The notes under the pieces are model-generated. The model did not search any database. It had not been told where the DNA came from and was given only the letters and a program-made list of their open reading frames with translations. From NCBI GenBank assembly GCA_963668175.1, contig OY764159.1, positions 3,968,001 through 4,032,000 of the forward strand: a DNA stretch of 64,000 nt. The letters are read 5' to 3'. Each line of letters opens with the position of its first letter. Within the stretch, counting starts at the first letter, position 1. Both the position numbers and the translations under genes were made by a program. Origin of the DNA: Syntrophales bacterium (lineage in GTDB: Bacteria; Desulfobacterota; Syntrophia; Syntrophales; PHBD01). This document shows positions 1-10,091 of this stretch, in pieces.

Positions 1-906
1 GTCTCTATCTATAATTTGTTCCCAGAAGAATTTAAGATGTCCGCTTCCGTCGATAACAGGTTTCTCCCGGCATAATTTCTCTGCGACGTTGACGATACAC
101 TTGTTGGCCTGTGAATAGGGATGCAGTTCCGAAAGCACCTGCTGCTTCCTTACCGCTTCCTGCATCTTTTCGTCATGAAGGATGAATCCCAGATATTCAA
201 TAGCCAGTCCCAGGAAATGATCCGTTGCCTGGGAAAGGCGCGCATAGACCTCCTTGGCTTCGGTCTGGTTCTTCACCATATTGACCAGGAGTTTGAACCT
301 TTTCTTGCCGTGCCGCTGATAGAGGACCTTGATCAGGGCATAGGCGTCGGTGAGGGACGTCGGCTCCCGGGTTGCAATTACGATAATCTCTTCCGCGGCC
401 ATGTTGAAATACATTACATTTCCGGCAATGCCCGCCGCCGTATCGATCAGCAGGTAATCCAAGTCTTCGTTCAGGCTGTTCAATTCATCGAGAAGGGCCA
501 GCTTTTGCTCTTTCGTCAGGTCCGCCATCTCCTGTACTCCCGAGGCGGAAGGCAGGATCCTGATACCGCCCGGGCCTTCCACAATCGTTTCCGCGATACT
601 CCGGTCGCCCGCGAGAACGTGGGAGAGATTGAATTTCGGAGTCAGTCCGAGGATCACGTCGATGTTGGCGAGCCCCATGTCCGCGTCCAGGATCAGGACC
701 TTTTTTCCCATTTTCGAAAGGGCATATGCCAGGTTGGCCGAAATATTCGTTTTGCCGACCCCTCCTTTGCCGCTCGTAATGGAGATGACCCGGATGTGAT
801 GATCCCTGAAAGGCATCGCCTCATCGTCTTCCCGAAAAGCGGATGTTTCGCCGGCTCGCCCTTTTCTATTTTTCTTAATCTCTCTCAATCCTGCAGCCTG
901 GTCCAC
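1..906 (-). CDS. flhG: MinD/ParA-family flagellar number regulator FlhG/FleN (3' end runs off the window)
   Basis: Not in the ORF track. Manual translation from GTG at 906 (GGAGG upstream): MDQAAGLRE...IRVISITSGKGGVGKTNISANL...GHLKFFWEQ. Directly follows flhF. Confidence 0.93.
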   Translation of the reverse strand, partial: MDQAAGLREIKKNRKGRAGETSAFREDDEAMPFRDHHIRVISITSGKGGVGKTNISANLAYALSKMGKKVLILDADMGLANIDVILGLTPKFNLSHVLAGDRSIAETIVEGPGGIRILPSASGVQEMADLTKEQKLALLDELNSLNEDLDYLLIDTAAGIAGNVMYFNMAAEEIIVIATREPTSLTDAYALIKVLYQRHGKKRFKLLVNMVKNQTEAKEVYARLSQATDHFLGLAIEYLGFILHDEKMQEAVRKQQVLSELHPYSQANKCIVNVAEKLCREKPVIDGSGHLKFFWEQIIDRD

Positions 907-955
907 TTCTTACCTCCGTTAAGGAGCCTTTATATGAAACGACGGCATTCGAAAG

Positions 956-2122
956 TCAGTGCAGCATGCGCTTCACCAACATCTCCGCCAGTTTGCCGGG
1001 CGTCATTTGCTGAATATCCTGGGGGACATTCTGCCCGTTTGTGATATAGAGCACCGGTTTTCCCGTCTTTTCAACGACATTGTATATCAACCCGAAACGA
1101 TCGCATTCGTCCGTCTTGGTGAAAATCAGGTGATCGAAATCGAACACCTGGCGATACGTCTCCGCAGCCTCCGCGAGGTTCTCCCCGCTGGATGTGAGGC
1201 TCAGCAGCAGATCGATTTCAATCTGTCCTTCTCCCTTCACGGTATCTTTGAGCCTGTCCAGCGATTCCCGGTCAAGGTGATTTCTTCCCGGCGTGTCCAC
1301 AAGGACGACCTCCTTATTGGAGAAACGGCCCAACGATTTACGGAAGGATTCCCTGTCCGGGGCAATCTCCAAAGGGACATTAAGAATTTTTGCGTAAACC
1401 TTAAGCTGTTCGGCGGCGGCAATCCGAAAACTATCGGTCGTAATGAGACCGACACTGGCCTTCCGGTCGATTGCATAATGGGCGGCGAGTTTCGCCAGCG
1501 TCGTTGTCTTGCCGACGCCTGTGGGCCCGATAAACGCCTTGATCCGGGAGTTCCTGATATTTCGGCCCGCTGCCATGACCGCCGTCCTGATATAATTCTC
1601 CGCCGCGCGGGAAGCCCCCCCGGCGGTCAATATATCATGATCCGCACAATCGTGCCTCAATTTATCGACGAGAACACAGGCCCTTTGCTTGGATACACCT
1701 CCCGCCACCAACCGGCTGAATATCTGCGGCAGCTGATCTTTCCGCTCACCGCGGCTGCGCAGACCGATGACATCGAAAAAGGCCTCCATCATGCCACGGA
1801 ACTCGTCCATATCCTTTTTAAGAGGATTTTGCACGGTGAATCTTAGCAGATTATCCCTGAGACTGTCGACTTCTTTCCTTAGGGATTTGTAATCCCGCAT
1901 ATTTTCATAGGCCCCATGATCCGCCGATTCAAACCCGGTTTTCCGGTCCGGGGAATCTGTAAATGCATTCTTCTCGTCCGTCGCCGCCATGACTTCTATC
2001 AGGCCGGCCTTTTCACCGCCCAGCCGCTTGGTCGACAAGACAATGGCCTCCGGCCCCAAATCGCTCTTGATCATTGCGATGGCTTCCCGAATGCTTGACG
2101 CTTCGTATCTTCTGATATGCAT
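956..2122 (-). CDS. flhF: Flagellar biosynthesis SRP-type GTPase FlhF
   Basis: GPTGVGKTT, DTPG, TKTDE and GQNVPQD motifs. Start moved to MHIRRY (2122), just after the flhA stop. Confidence 0.95.
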   Translation of the reverse strand: MHIRRYEASSIREAIAMIKSDLGPEAIVLSTKRLGGEKAGLIEVMAATDEKNAFTDSPDRKTGFESADHGAYENMRDYKSLRKEVDSLRDNLLRFTVQNPLKKDMDEFRGMMEAFFDVIGLRSRGERKDQLPQIFSRLVAGGVSKQRACVLVDKLRHDCADHDILTAGGASRAAENYIRTAVMAAGRNIRNSRIKAFIGPTGVGKTTTLAKLAAHYAIDRKASVGLITTDSFRIAAAEQLKVYAKILNVPLEIAPDRESFRKSLGRFSNKEVVLVDTPGRNHLDRESLDRLKDTVKGEGQIEIDLLLSLTSSGENLAEAAETYRQVFDFDHLIFTKTDECDRFGLIYNVVEKTGKPVLYITNGQNVPQDIQQMTPGKLAEMLVKRMLH

Positions 2123-2123
2123 G

Positions 2124-4196
2124 CTACAACTCCACCATACCCAGGGACTTGATATTGGCATCGTGCGTGATCTCGTTATGCGAGATTACGATAATATTGG
2201 GGAAAAAACGTTCCAGGATTTTCCGCAGATGAATCCTCGTATTCGGGGAACACAGGATGATCGGCTGGAGGCCTTTGGCCGTAAAAGTGCCGATGAAGTT
2301 TTGGAGGCTCGCAATCAGCCGTTTGACCATCCCCGGGTCGGGAGAAACGAACGACTCATATTCGGTATGCTGAATCGAGTGACTGATCATGTCCTCCACA
2401 TTCGGAGACACCATGACGACGCTGATATTCCCTTCGCCGTCCTGGTATTGCTTGGTGATGGCCCGGGCCAGCGACTGACGGACATACCCGGTGAGCAGAT
2501 CGACATTCTTGGTCATGGTAACGTAGTCGGCCAATATCTCTATGACGGCCAGCAGATTACGTATCGACAGTCTCTCTTTGAGAAGCCGCTGAAGGACTTT
2601 CTGGAGAATCCCGACAGACACGACCTTGGGCACCAATTCATTGACAACCTTGGGATAACTCGCCGCCAGATTGTCCAGCAGCGTCTGAACTTCCTGCCGC
2701 CCCAGAAGCTCATCGGCGTGCGACTTGACCAGTTCCGTCAGGTGCGTCGTCACCACCGTGGCCGGATCGACCACAACGAATCCCCTCGCCTGGACGATCT
2801 CCCGCTCACGATCAGGCACCCATACGGCCGGGATACCGAATGCGGGTTCCCTCGTTTCTATACCGGCCGGTTTCGGGCCTTTTTCGTCGACCGTTATGGC
2901 CAGGTGATGGCCGAGCATCAATTCGCCCTTTGCGATTTCGATGCCCTTGATGCTGATGGAATATTCGCTCGGCTTCAAGCGCAGGTTATCCCGTATGTGG
3001 ATGGCGGGCATTACAAACCCCATCTCCAGGGCCAGTTGTCTGCGCATGGCCTTGATCCGCTGCAGCAGTTCGCCGCCTTGCGAAGAATCCACGAGGGGTA
3101 TGAGGCCGTACCCGACTTCCAGTCCCATGAGGTCCGGCGGGGCAATGACTTCCTCCATTTCGGAGGGTTCCGGAGGCGCCTCTTCAACCGCAAGCGTTTC
3201 CCTTCTCTCCGAAGCGGTAAACAACTGGTAGGCCAGGAACCCGAAGAGGGAGGCCATGACGATAAAGGCAAATTTAGGCATCCCAGGGATCAGGGCGAAG
3301 GAAAAGATGATGGCCGACGCCATACCGATGGCCCTGGGCTGAGAGAACAGCTGCTTCTTGACATCTTCTCCCAGGTCCGTTTCGGCCGCCGTCCTGGTAA
3401 CCAGCATGCCGACGGATGTTGAGACGATGATGGCGGGGACCTGCGTTACCAGGCCGTCGCCCACGGTCAGAATCGTATACGTCCTGGCGGCCGTCGCGAC
3501 ATCCATCCCCTGTTGCAGGACGCCCACGATGAGTCCGCCGATGATGTTGATCAGAAGAACGACGACGCCGGCCATCGCTTCGCCGCTGATAAACTTGCTG
3601 GCACCGTCCATGGCACCGTAAAAATTCGCCTCGTCTGCGATTTCCTTCCTTCGGCGGCGCGCTTCGGCCTCGTTGATCAAACCCGTGTTCAAATCGGCGT
3701 CGATGGCCATCTGCTTGCCGGGCATGGCATCGAGGGTGAATCTTGCCGCCACTTCCGCGATCCTCGTCGCACCTTTGGTGATGACGATCAGGTTGATGAG
3801 GACGAGAACACAGAAGATGACGATTCCGACGGCATAATTCCCCCCCACGACGAAGCTGCCGAAGGCCTGGATGACCTTGCCGGCGGCACCGGTGCCTTCT
3901 TTACCATGCAGCAGGATGAGGCGGGCGGAGGCGACATTCAGCGACAATCTTAGGAGCGTGCTTCCCAGAAGCACGGACGGAAAAGCGGAAAATTCGAGGG
4001 GTCGCAAAACGTACATGGACATCATCAGGATAACGACGGACAGGGTGATGTTGAACGCCAGCAGCAAATCCAGAACGATGGTGGGCAGCGGAATGACCAG
4101 CACGAACAGAATTCCGACCACGGCGGCGCCGAGCATCGCACTGCTGCTCTGATTCAGGGCCGCCATGAAGCCGCCTCTCATAGTTGTATCTGCCAT
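2124..4196 (-). CDS. flhA: Flagellar export gate protein FlhA
   Basis: FHIPEP signature RIAEVAARFTLDAMPGKQMAIDADL; 690 aa. Confidence 0.97.
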   Translation of the reverse strand: MADTTMRGGFMAALNQSSSAMLGAAVVGILFVLVIPLPTIVLDLLLAFNITLSVVILMMSMYVLRPLEFSAFPSVLLGSTLLRLSLNVASARLILLHGKEGTGAAGKVIQAFGSFVVGGNYAVGIVIFCVLVLINLIVITKGATRIAEVAARFTLDAMPGKQMAIDADLNTGLINEAEARRRRKEIADEANFYGAMDGASKFISGEAMAGVVVLLINIIGGLIVGVLQQGMDVATAARTYTILTVGDGLVTQVPAIIVSTSVGMLVTRTAAETDLGEDVKKQLFSQPRAIGMASAIIFSFALIPGMPKFAFIVMASLFGFLAYQLFTASERRETLAVEEAPPEPSEMEEVIAPPDLMGLEVGYGLIPLVDSSQGGELLQRIKAMRRQLALEMGFVMPAIHIRDNLRLKPSEYSISIKGIEIAKGELMLGHHLAITVDEKGPKPAGIETREPAFGIPAVWVPDREREIVQARGFVVVDPATVVTTHLTELVKSHADELLGRQEVQTLLDNLAASYPKVVNELVPKVVSVGILQKVLQRLLKERLSIRNLLAVIEILADYVTMTKNVDLLTGYVRQSLARAITKQYQDGEGNISVVMVSPNVEDMISHSIQHTEYESFVSPDPGMVKRLIASLQNFIGTFTAKGLQPIILCSPNTRIHLRKILERFFPNIIVISHNEITHDANIKSLGMVEL

Positions 4197-4205
4197 ACGT
4201 ATCCT

Positions 4206-5273
4206 CTATATACGGATCGCTTTCTCTTTTAATCCGTAGACGTAAGCCAGTATCTCCGCTACGGCCTTATAGAGATTCTCCGGAATTTCCTCGTCAATAT
4301 CGACTATTTTATACAATAGTTGTGCCACGGGTTTGTTTTCGACGACAGGAACACCATTTTCTTCCGCAATCGCTTTAATTCTTTCGGCAATGACACCCGT
4401 TCCCTTGGCGACGACGACGGGGGCCATCATCTTATGCTGTTCGTACTGCAGTGCGACGGCTATATGGGTGGGGTTCGTTATCACGACATCCGCCTTGGGG
4501 ACGGCGGCCATCATTCTCCGGCGCGCCGCCTGGCGCTGCAGGCTCCTGATCTTTCCCCGGACGGCGGGATCACCTTCGATCTGCCTCTGTTCGTCTTTCA
4601 CTTCCTGCTTGGTCATCTTGATGCTTTCCTCGAATTGCCACTTCTGGAAAGCGTAATCCAGAATGGCCATGATAAGCAGCACCCAACAGGTATTCATGAT
4701 GATTTTAAAGGAAATCTCCCCAATATAAACCATGATGCCCCAAATGCTCTGGTCTACGAGCGGGAAGACGTTGGCCAGTTCGTTTCTCACGACGATATAG
4801 ACCACTATGCCGACAACGGTGATCTTGATGATGCTCTTGACAAGCTGGGCCAGCGCCTGAATAGAGACGAGATTTTTCAGACCGTTGATCGGGTTCATTT
4901 TTGACAATTGGGGCTTAATGACCTCCGGAGTAATCTTCAGGCCCACCTGGAATACGTTGGCCAAAAAGCCGACGATGCCGAGTGTCAGGAGCAAGGGCCA
5001 AAGCAGCATGAACACCTTGATGACATACCCGGAAAGAAGCGCCTGGATATTGTCGGTGCTTAAGGTCGTCTGGCTCGATACCCGGAAAGTGGCCTTCATG
5101 ATATCCATGAGATCGAGAAGCATCCGGCTGGTCCCGAAATAAAAGAAGATCAGGCTGGCAATCAGGATGGCAACGGACGTCACCTCCATGCTTTTAGCGA
5201 CCTGGCCTTTTTTCCTGGTCTCTTCCCGGCGCTTCCCGGTTGCTTTTTCGGTTTTTGACGGATCTTTGGCCAC
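4206..5273 (-). CDS. flhB: Flagellar export protein FlhB
   Basis: KTEKAT N-terminus, four TM segments, NPTH autocleavage motif. Confidence 0.97.
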   Translation of the reverse strand: MAKDPSKTEKATGKRREETRKKGQVAKSMEVTSVAILIASLIFFYFGTSRMLLDLMDIMKATFRVSSQTTLSTDNIQALLSGYVIKVFMLLWPLLLTLGIVGFLANVFQVGLKITPEVIKPQLSKMNPINGLKNLVSIQALAQLVKSIIKITVVGIVVYIVVRNELANVFPLVDQSIWGIMVYIGEISFKIIMNTCWVLLIMAILDYAFQKWQFEESIKMTKQEVKDEQRQIEGDPAVRGKIRSLQRQAARRRMMAAVPKADVVITNPTHIAVALQYEQHKMMAPVVVAKGTGVIAERIKAIAEENGVPVVENKPVAQLLYKIVDIDEEIPENLYKAVAEILAYVYGLKEKAIRI

Positions 5274-5392
5274 GATGTACCTATCTGTTTAATGACAATG
5301 GCGTCAAAAAGTCAGCGGTCTGGTCCGGCGGGAACCGGACGCCATCGGTCGCCCCGCTTTCTCCGGCATATTTCCGCTGTATCTTGCATGAT

Positions 5393-6166
5393 CTACGCCA
5401 TCAGCTTCATCAGCATGATCATCTGCTCCTCAAGGTTGATGAAATAGGTCTCGATCACCCTTAGGAATATCGGCATGGATAAACCCAGAAATATGAGTCC
5501 GACGGAAATCTGGAGAGGGAACCCGACGATCAGGATATTGATCTGGGGAACGGTCCTGGCAATCAGGGCCATACCCAAATTCGTAAAAAGCATCACCGCT
5601 ATGACGGGCGCACTGGCCTTGACGGCTATGATGAAGATATTTTGCGACAGCGTCAGCAAGGCCTGCGCGAGCGGACCGGTCATGTGGAAACCGAAAGGCG
5701 TGAGGATGCGATAACTGTCGGCGATAACCGTTATAAAGACATGATGGCCGTTGATGGACAAAAAGATCAGGAGGGCCATCAAATACTGCATCTCAGAAAT
5801 GATGGAGACGTTGATGTTGTTCATGGGATCGAGAACGTTTGCCATGGAAAATCCCATCTGCAGACCAATGAGTTCCCCGGCATACTGGATACCGGTGAAA
5901 ACGACCTGTACCGCAAATCCGATAACGACTCCGACCATGATCTCACCGGCCATCTGAAATATCATGGGAATGAGATCGGGGCTGACGGCGGGAATGACTT
6001 TCCTTACAAAGGGAAAGATGAGAAAGGCGATCACCAGGGATAGACCGGCCTTAATCCTGACCGGCACAGTCTTATGCCCCAATATGGGCATCATGACCAG
6101 AATCGTACTGACCCTGAGCAGGACGAGGACAAACTGCTGAATCGATTCGGCATTGAAAAGCGGCAT
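5393..6166 (-). CDS. fliR: Flagellar export protein FliR
   Basis: Hydrophobic, AGELIGLQMGFSMANVLDP and RTVPQINIL motifs. Start moved to MPLFN. Confidence 0.94.
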   Translation of the reverse strand: MPLFNAESIQQFVLVLLRVSTILVMMPILGHKTVPVRIKAGLSLVIAFLIFPFVRKVIPAVSPDLIPMIFQMAGEIMVGVVIGFAVQVVFTGIQYAGELIGLQMGFSMANVLDPMNNINVSIISEMQYLMALLIFLSINGHHVFITVIADSYRILTPFGFHMTGPLAQALLTLSQNIFIIAVKASAPVIAVMLFTNLGMALIARTVPQINILIVGFPLQISVGLIFLGLSMPIFLRVIETYFINLEEQMIMLMKLMA

Positions 6167-6245
6167 CAGCAACGCGCCGTTCCCCCTATGGTTAAGATCG
6201 GCGGCGGGGAACAGCGGATTTCCGCGGCCAGGCCCCCCTTGCCGG

Positions 6246-6515
6246 TCATTTGACGTAATTCGGTATATTGGAAAACAGGTTATGTGCAAAGGTCACGAGC
6301 AGGTTGATCATCCAGGGAAGCGCCGCCACAAGCGCCACAAAACAGGCGACGATCTTCGGAACGAACGTCAGGGTCATCTCCTGAATCTGGGTGACGGCTT
6401 GAAACAGACTGATCAATATGCCGACCACCAGCCCCACGATGAGAACCGGAGCCGCAGTGAGCAGCGTCACCTTGATGGTCTCCGCCATGATTCCGACGAT
6501 AAAGTCCGCACTCAT
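6246..6515 (-). CDS. fliQ: Flagellar export protein FliQ
   Basis: FQAVTQIQEMTLTFVPK. Start at MSADF with GGAG upstream. Confidence 0.96.
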   Translation of the reverse strand: MSADFIVGIMAETIKVTLLTAAPVLIVGLVVGILISLFQAVTQIQEMTLTFVPKIVACFVALVAALPWMINLLVTFAHNLFSNIPNYVK

Positions 6516-6528
6516 CTTTTTGCTCCTC

Positions 6529-7311
6529 TTAACGAAAACTCTGCACCAGCGAGCCCACAATCAGGTACCAGCCGTCTACCAATACGAACAAAAGCAGTTT
6601 AAAGGGCAGGCTCACCATCATGGGCGGCAGCATCATCATACCCATGGATAGGAGGATACTGGAAACGACCATGTCTATGACAAAAAAAGGCAAGAAGATC
6701 ATAAAGCCGATCTGGAATGCCGTCTTCAATTCGCTGATGATAAAAGCTGGTACTGCGACAATCATGGATACATCGGAGGGTTTTTCCGGACGCTTCTCCT
6801 TCGAAATCTTGACGAAAAGGGCAAGGTCTTTCTCCCGGGTCTGCTTCATCATGAAGTCCTTGACCGGCGCGACGGCCTGATCGAAGGCCTGTTCGCCCGA
6901 TATCTGTTCATTGTAATAAGGCTTCAGCGCTTCGGTGTTCACCCTTTGCCATACCGGCGACATGATGAAAAAAGTCAGAAACAGGGCCAGGCCGAGGATG
7001 ATCTGGTTGGGCGGCATTTGCGCCGTTCCTATCGCCTGGCGCAACAGGCCGAGCACGATGATAATCCTTGTAAAAGACGTCATCATAAGAAGAATGGCCG
7101 GAGCCAGGGTCAATACGGTCAGAGCGAAAAGAAGCTGAATGACGCCTGCAATCCGTCCCGGCGAATCGGCGGTTCCTCCGATGTTTAAGTTGATGTTGGG
7201 GATGGACAGGGGCTCGGCCGCCGCCGCATGGCATGGAAGAATCAGAGACGCGAGCAGTATGGCCGATAGGATAAGAAGCCTGCCCGTTTGACTGGAGGGA
7301 AAGGCCTTCAT
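6529..7311 (-). CDS. fliP: Flagellar export protein FliP
   Basis: MMTSFTRI, PPNQ, SELKTAFQIGF and LPFKLLLFVLVDGW. Confidence 0.97.
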   Translation of the reverse strand: MKAFPSSQTGRLLILSAILLASLILPCHAAAAEPLSIPNINLNIGGTADSPGRIAGVIQLLFALTVLTLAPAILLMMTSFTRIIIVLGLLRQAIGTAQMPPNQIILGLALFLTFFIMSPVWQRVNTEALKPYYNEQISGEQAFDQAVAPVKDFMMKQTREKDLALFVKISKEKRPEKPSDVSMIVAVPAFIISELKTAFQIGFMIFLPFFVIDMVVSSILLSMGMMMLPPMMVSLPFKLLLFVLVDGWYLIVGSLVQSFR

Positions 7312-7712
7312 GGACTCTGCCTGTCCTTTCCGGCTGACCGGAACGATTTCAAGGTATCTTTGTATCGGAGGAATTGTTCCATGAGGGACGGCATCGCAGC
7401 CTGCGGTATGTCGGGGGATTTTTTCATCCTCTCTTTCATTTCCGGATTCGATATCGTCGTAATGACGGACATCTGATTGTTGGAAACACCGACAACAATC
7501 AATTCCCCGAGAATATCCACCAGCATGATACTGTTTCTGGGCCCCAGATACTTCGTCGCCACAACATGGATCATAGAGCCGTCGTCGCCGCCTATCAGGG
7601 GCTGGCGCAGAAACTTTCTGAAAAGATAAGCCGCCGCGATCATTATGCCCAAAACGAGGGATAGGGCAAAAATCATCTTCAGAAATGACGGCAGAAAAGC
7701 GGTTGGTTCCAT
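7308..7712 (-). CDS. fliO: Flagellar protein FliO/FliZ
   Basis: Single N-terminal TM followed by a beta-rich LGPRNSIMLVDI region; lies between fliN and fliP. Confidence 0.88.
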   Translation of the reverse strand: MEPTAFLPSFLKMIFALSLVLGIMIAAAYLFRKFLRQPLIGGDDGSMIHVVATKYLGPRNSIMLVDILGELIVVGVSNNQMSVITTISNPEMKERMKKSPDIPQAAMPSLMEQFLRYKDTLKSFRSAGKDRQSP

Positions 7713-7744
7713 CGGTTCCTCGATTACGGATTGTCTTGCGGCAC

Positions 7745-8224
7745 CTACCGCAGCTTGTTGACCCTTTCGACAGGTGAAACGATGTCGGTCAGACGAACGC
7801 CGAATTTTTCGTTCACGACCACGACCTCCCCCCTGGCGATCAATTTCTGGTTGATGAAGACATCCATCGGCTCACCCGCCAGTTTACTCAGCTCGATGAC
7901 CGACCCCTGGCCGAGCTGCAGGAGCTCGCTGATCAACATCCTGTTCCTTCCCAACTCGACGGACAGGGTCAAAGGAATGTCGAGGATGAAATCCAGCTCC
8001 ATCGTTCCTGCCTTCGGAGGTTCTTTCTTTATCTCGGTGAAACTGGCTTCGCTGACCGCCGCCTTGGATACGGGATGGCTCGACTGTTCCATCTCTTCCT
8101 TGACGTCATCCCATCCGATTTCTTCATCGGCTTTCTGCGCGGGCGGCTCGGGTGCCGGCGGAGGCGCGCCGTCACCGTCCTGCTTCAGTTCTTTCAATAA
8201 GGCATCCAATTCACTCTGATCCAT
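7745..8224 (-). CDS. fliN: Flagellar motor switch protein FliN
   Basis: ILDIPLTLSVELG and ARGEVVVVNEKFGVR (SpoA domain). Confidence 0.95.
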   Translation of the reverse strand: MDQSELDALLKELKQDGDGAPPPAPEPPAQKADEEIGWDDVKEEMEQSSHPVSKAAVSEASFTEIKKEPPKAGTMELDFILDIPLTLSVELGRNRMLISELLQLGQGSVIELSKLAGEPMDVFINQKLIARGEVVVVNEKFGVRLTDIVSPVERVNKLR

Positions 8225-9212
8225 AATCCATACCTTCTTTCGAAGAAATCACTTCACAAATCTGAACGGCCTGGCTTCCTTTGTAAATACCGGGATAAGC
8301 TCTGAATTTTGGAACCCCTTCGACGTAAACCTCCAACGGATCGGAAGCGTACTGCTCCAGGGGGATGACATCGCCTTTCTTCAGATTGATGACTTCGCGG
8401 GCATCGAGTTCCGCATGCCCCAGTTCGACCAGCAGATCGACCTTCGACGTGATGAGACTTCTCCGGAAACGGCCTATCCAGGCCTTGTCGACCTCCATCT
8501 GTTCGCTCTGGAACCCCGCCTGCAGCTTATCCCTGATCGGTTCCAGCATGGAATAGGGGATACACATGGAAATGATTCCGGACGAATATTCGATCTCCAC
8601 CTCGAAGTTTGCCACGACGACGACATCCGTCGGAGGAACGATCTGAACGAACTGGGGATTGATCTCCGACCGCTGATAACTGACCTTGATATCGATAAGC
8701 GCTTTCCATGCCTTTTCGAGATCATCCAAGGCGTTTTCGACGATCTTCTTGATCAGATTATTTTCAATGGGCGTAAACTCCCGTCCTTCGATCTTGAAAC
8801 CTTCCTTGCCTGATCCGCCGAAAAGGATATCGACCAGTGTGAAAATGATCTTGGATTCCACGACAACGATGGCACTCCCCCTCATGGGATCCATCCGGAA
8901 GAGATGGAGGCTTGTCGGCACCGGCAATGTCTTGAGGAATTCGCCGAATTTGATCATATCGACGGACACGGCGCTGACGCTGACAACCTTCCGAAGAATG
9001 GAAGAGAGGGTCGTCCGGAACATCCGGGCAAACTTCTCGTTGGTCATTTCCAGCGTCGGCATCCTGCCCCGGATGATGCGGTCCTGGCTGGTAAGATCAT
9101 AGCCTATGATCTCGCTGGGGTCCCGGATCTCCTCGATCTCCGTTTCAATTTCTCCGCCGGTTATGCCTCTTAAGAGGGCATCGACCTCATCCTGGGAAAG
9201 GATATGGGACAT
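8211..9212 (-). CDS. fliM: Flagellar motor switch protein FliM
   Basis: LSQDEVDALL CheY-binding peptide, FGGSG, C-terminal SpoA domain. Confidence 0.97.
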   Translation of the reverse strand: MSHILSQDEVDALLRGITGGEIETEIEEIRDPSEIIGYDLTSQDRIIRGRMPTLEMTNEKFARMFRTTLSSILRKVVSVSAVSVDMIKFGEFLKTLPVPTSLHLFRMDPMRGSAIVVVESKIIFTLVDILFGGSGKEGFKIEGREFTPIENNLIKKIVENALDDLEKAWKALIDIKVSYQRSEINPQFVQIVPPTDVVVVANFEVEIEYSSGIISMCIPYSMLEPIRDKLQAGFQSEQMEVDKAWIGRFRRSLITSKVDLLVELGHAELDAREVINLKKGDVIPLEQYASDPLEVYVEGVPKFRAYPGIYKGSQAVQICEVISSKEGMDYGSE

Positions 9213-9279
9213 TCAAGAACCTCTCTTGTTGTAAATCTAAATAAAAAAGTCCGCGCGGATTCTCATCATTCGCGACGAA

Positions 9280-9774
9280 TTACTGGATGACAAAATCCAG
9301 AAAGTAGACCTTTTCGATCTTGCCCTTTGTTAAATAGCTGTTGACCCTCATCTGGATCTCTTCCCGGAGCCTCTGTTTCCCGCCCGTTTCCATCAAGTCC
9401 TTATAAGACTTGGCCGACAGGAGGTCCAGGATGTTATCGCGGATTTTCGGCTTAATCTGGTCGAGCTCCGCAACGGTGAGCGGATCCGAAACTTCGAGTT
9501 GAATGACCGCTTTGAGATATCGTTGTCCTTCGTTGTCGACCAGATTGACAATAAACGGTTCCATGGCCCACAGAGCTCCTATGGGTGGCTTCTGGTGGGC
9601 CGTTTCCTTCTTTGGGGCGGCCATTTTTACAAAATAGTAGTAGGCCCCCCCGGCGCCGCCTCCCAGAACAATGACCACGATACCGATGATGATGATCCAT
9701 TTCATCATCGATCCCTTACCCTTGGCCGGTTGTTCCTGTTCTGTCTTATCCTCGTCTTTATCCTCTTTCGCCAT
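9280..9774 (-). CDS. fliL: Flagellar basal body-associated protein FliL
   Basis: N-terminal TM, PFIVNL, RYLK, C-terminal VYFLDFVIQ. Start moved to MAKED. Confidence 0.93.
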   Translation of the reverse strand: MAKEDKDEDKTEQEQPAKGKGSMMKWIIIIGIVVIVLGGGAGGAYYYFVKMAAPKKETAHQKPPIGALWAMEPFIVNLVDNEGQRYLKAVIQLEVSDPLTVAELDQIKPKIRDNILDLLSAKSYKDLMETGGKQRLREEIQMRVNSYLTKGKIEKVYFLDFVIQ

Positions 9775-9857
9775 GAAGACACCTCGATATGAATAGTCTA
9801 TTACTCCCGGGAAGATGAACGATAAACCACACCCTGTCATAGACTGTAAAAATATAC

Positions 9858-9873
9858 AGCAAAGAGCATACCA
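9858..9873 (-). promoter_or_regulatory. sigma54 -24/-12 promoter for the fliL operon
   Basis: Minus strand TGGTATGCTCTTTGCT (GG-N10-GC), about 85 bp upstream of fliL. Confidence 0.75.
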
Positions 9874-10011
9874 GGGTATGGTTCAGGATAGTATCAGATT
9901 TTTATGAATAATACAACGATGTTAACAATTGACAGCAGCATGACGGCCGGCCATGATCGCTGGGGAAAGGTCTTTTTTGACAAAGGGTCAATTCTTTGAC
10001 ATCTTTTCAAG

Positions 10012-10061
10012 AAAAAATAAAAAACGTTTCAGAGGCGAGGGATACCTTCGCCTCTGAAACG
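10012..10061 (-). terminator. Intrinsic terminator after flgE
   Basis: 17-bp near-perfect inverted repeat (CGTTTCAGAGGCGA.../...TCGCCTCTGAAACG) followed by a T-tract on the minus strand. Confidence 0.88.
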
Positions 10062-10091
10062 AACAGATCATAAACGGTGGCTTATTGGATT

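Noticed and set aside
121..3422. Long plus-strand ORFs (121..1044, 959..1846, 1989..3422)
   Set aside because: Antisense shadows of flhG/flhF/flhA with no recognisable motifs. The same applies to 31057..32556, 45192..46586 and 55327..56340.
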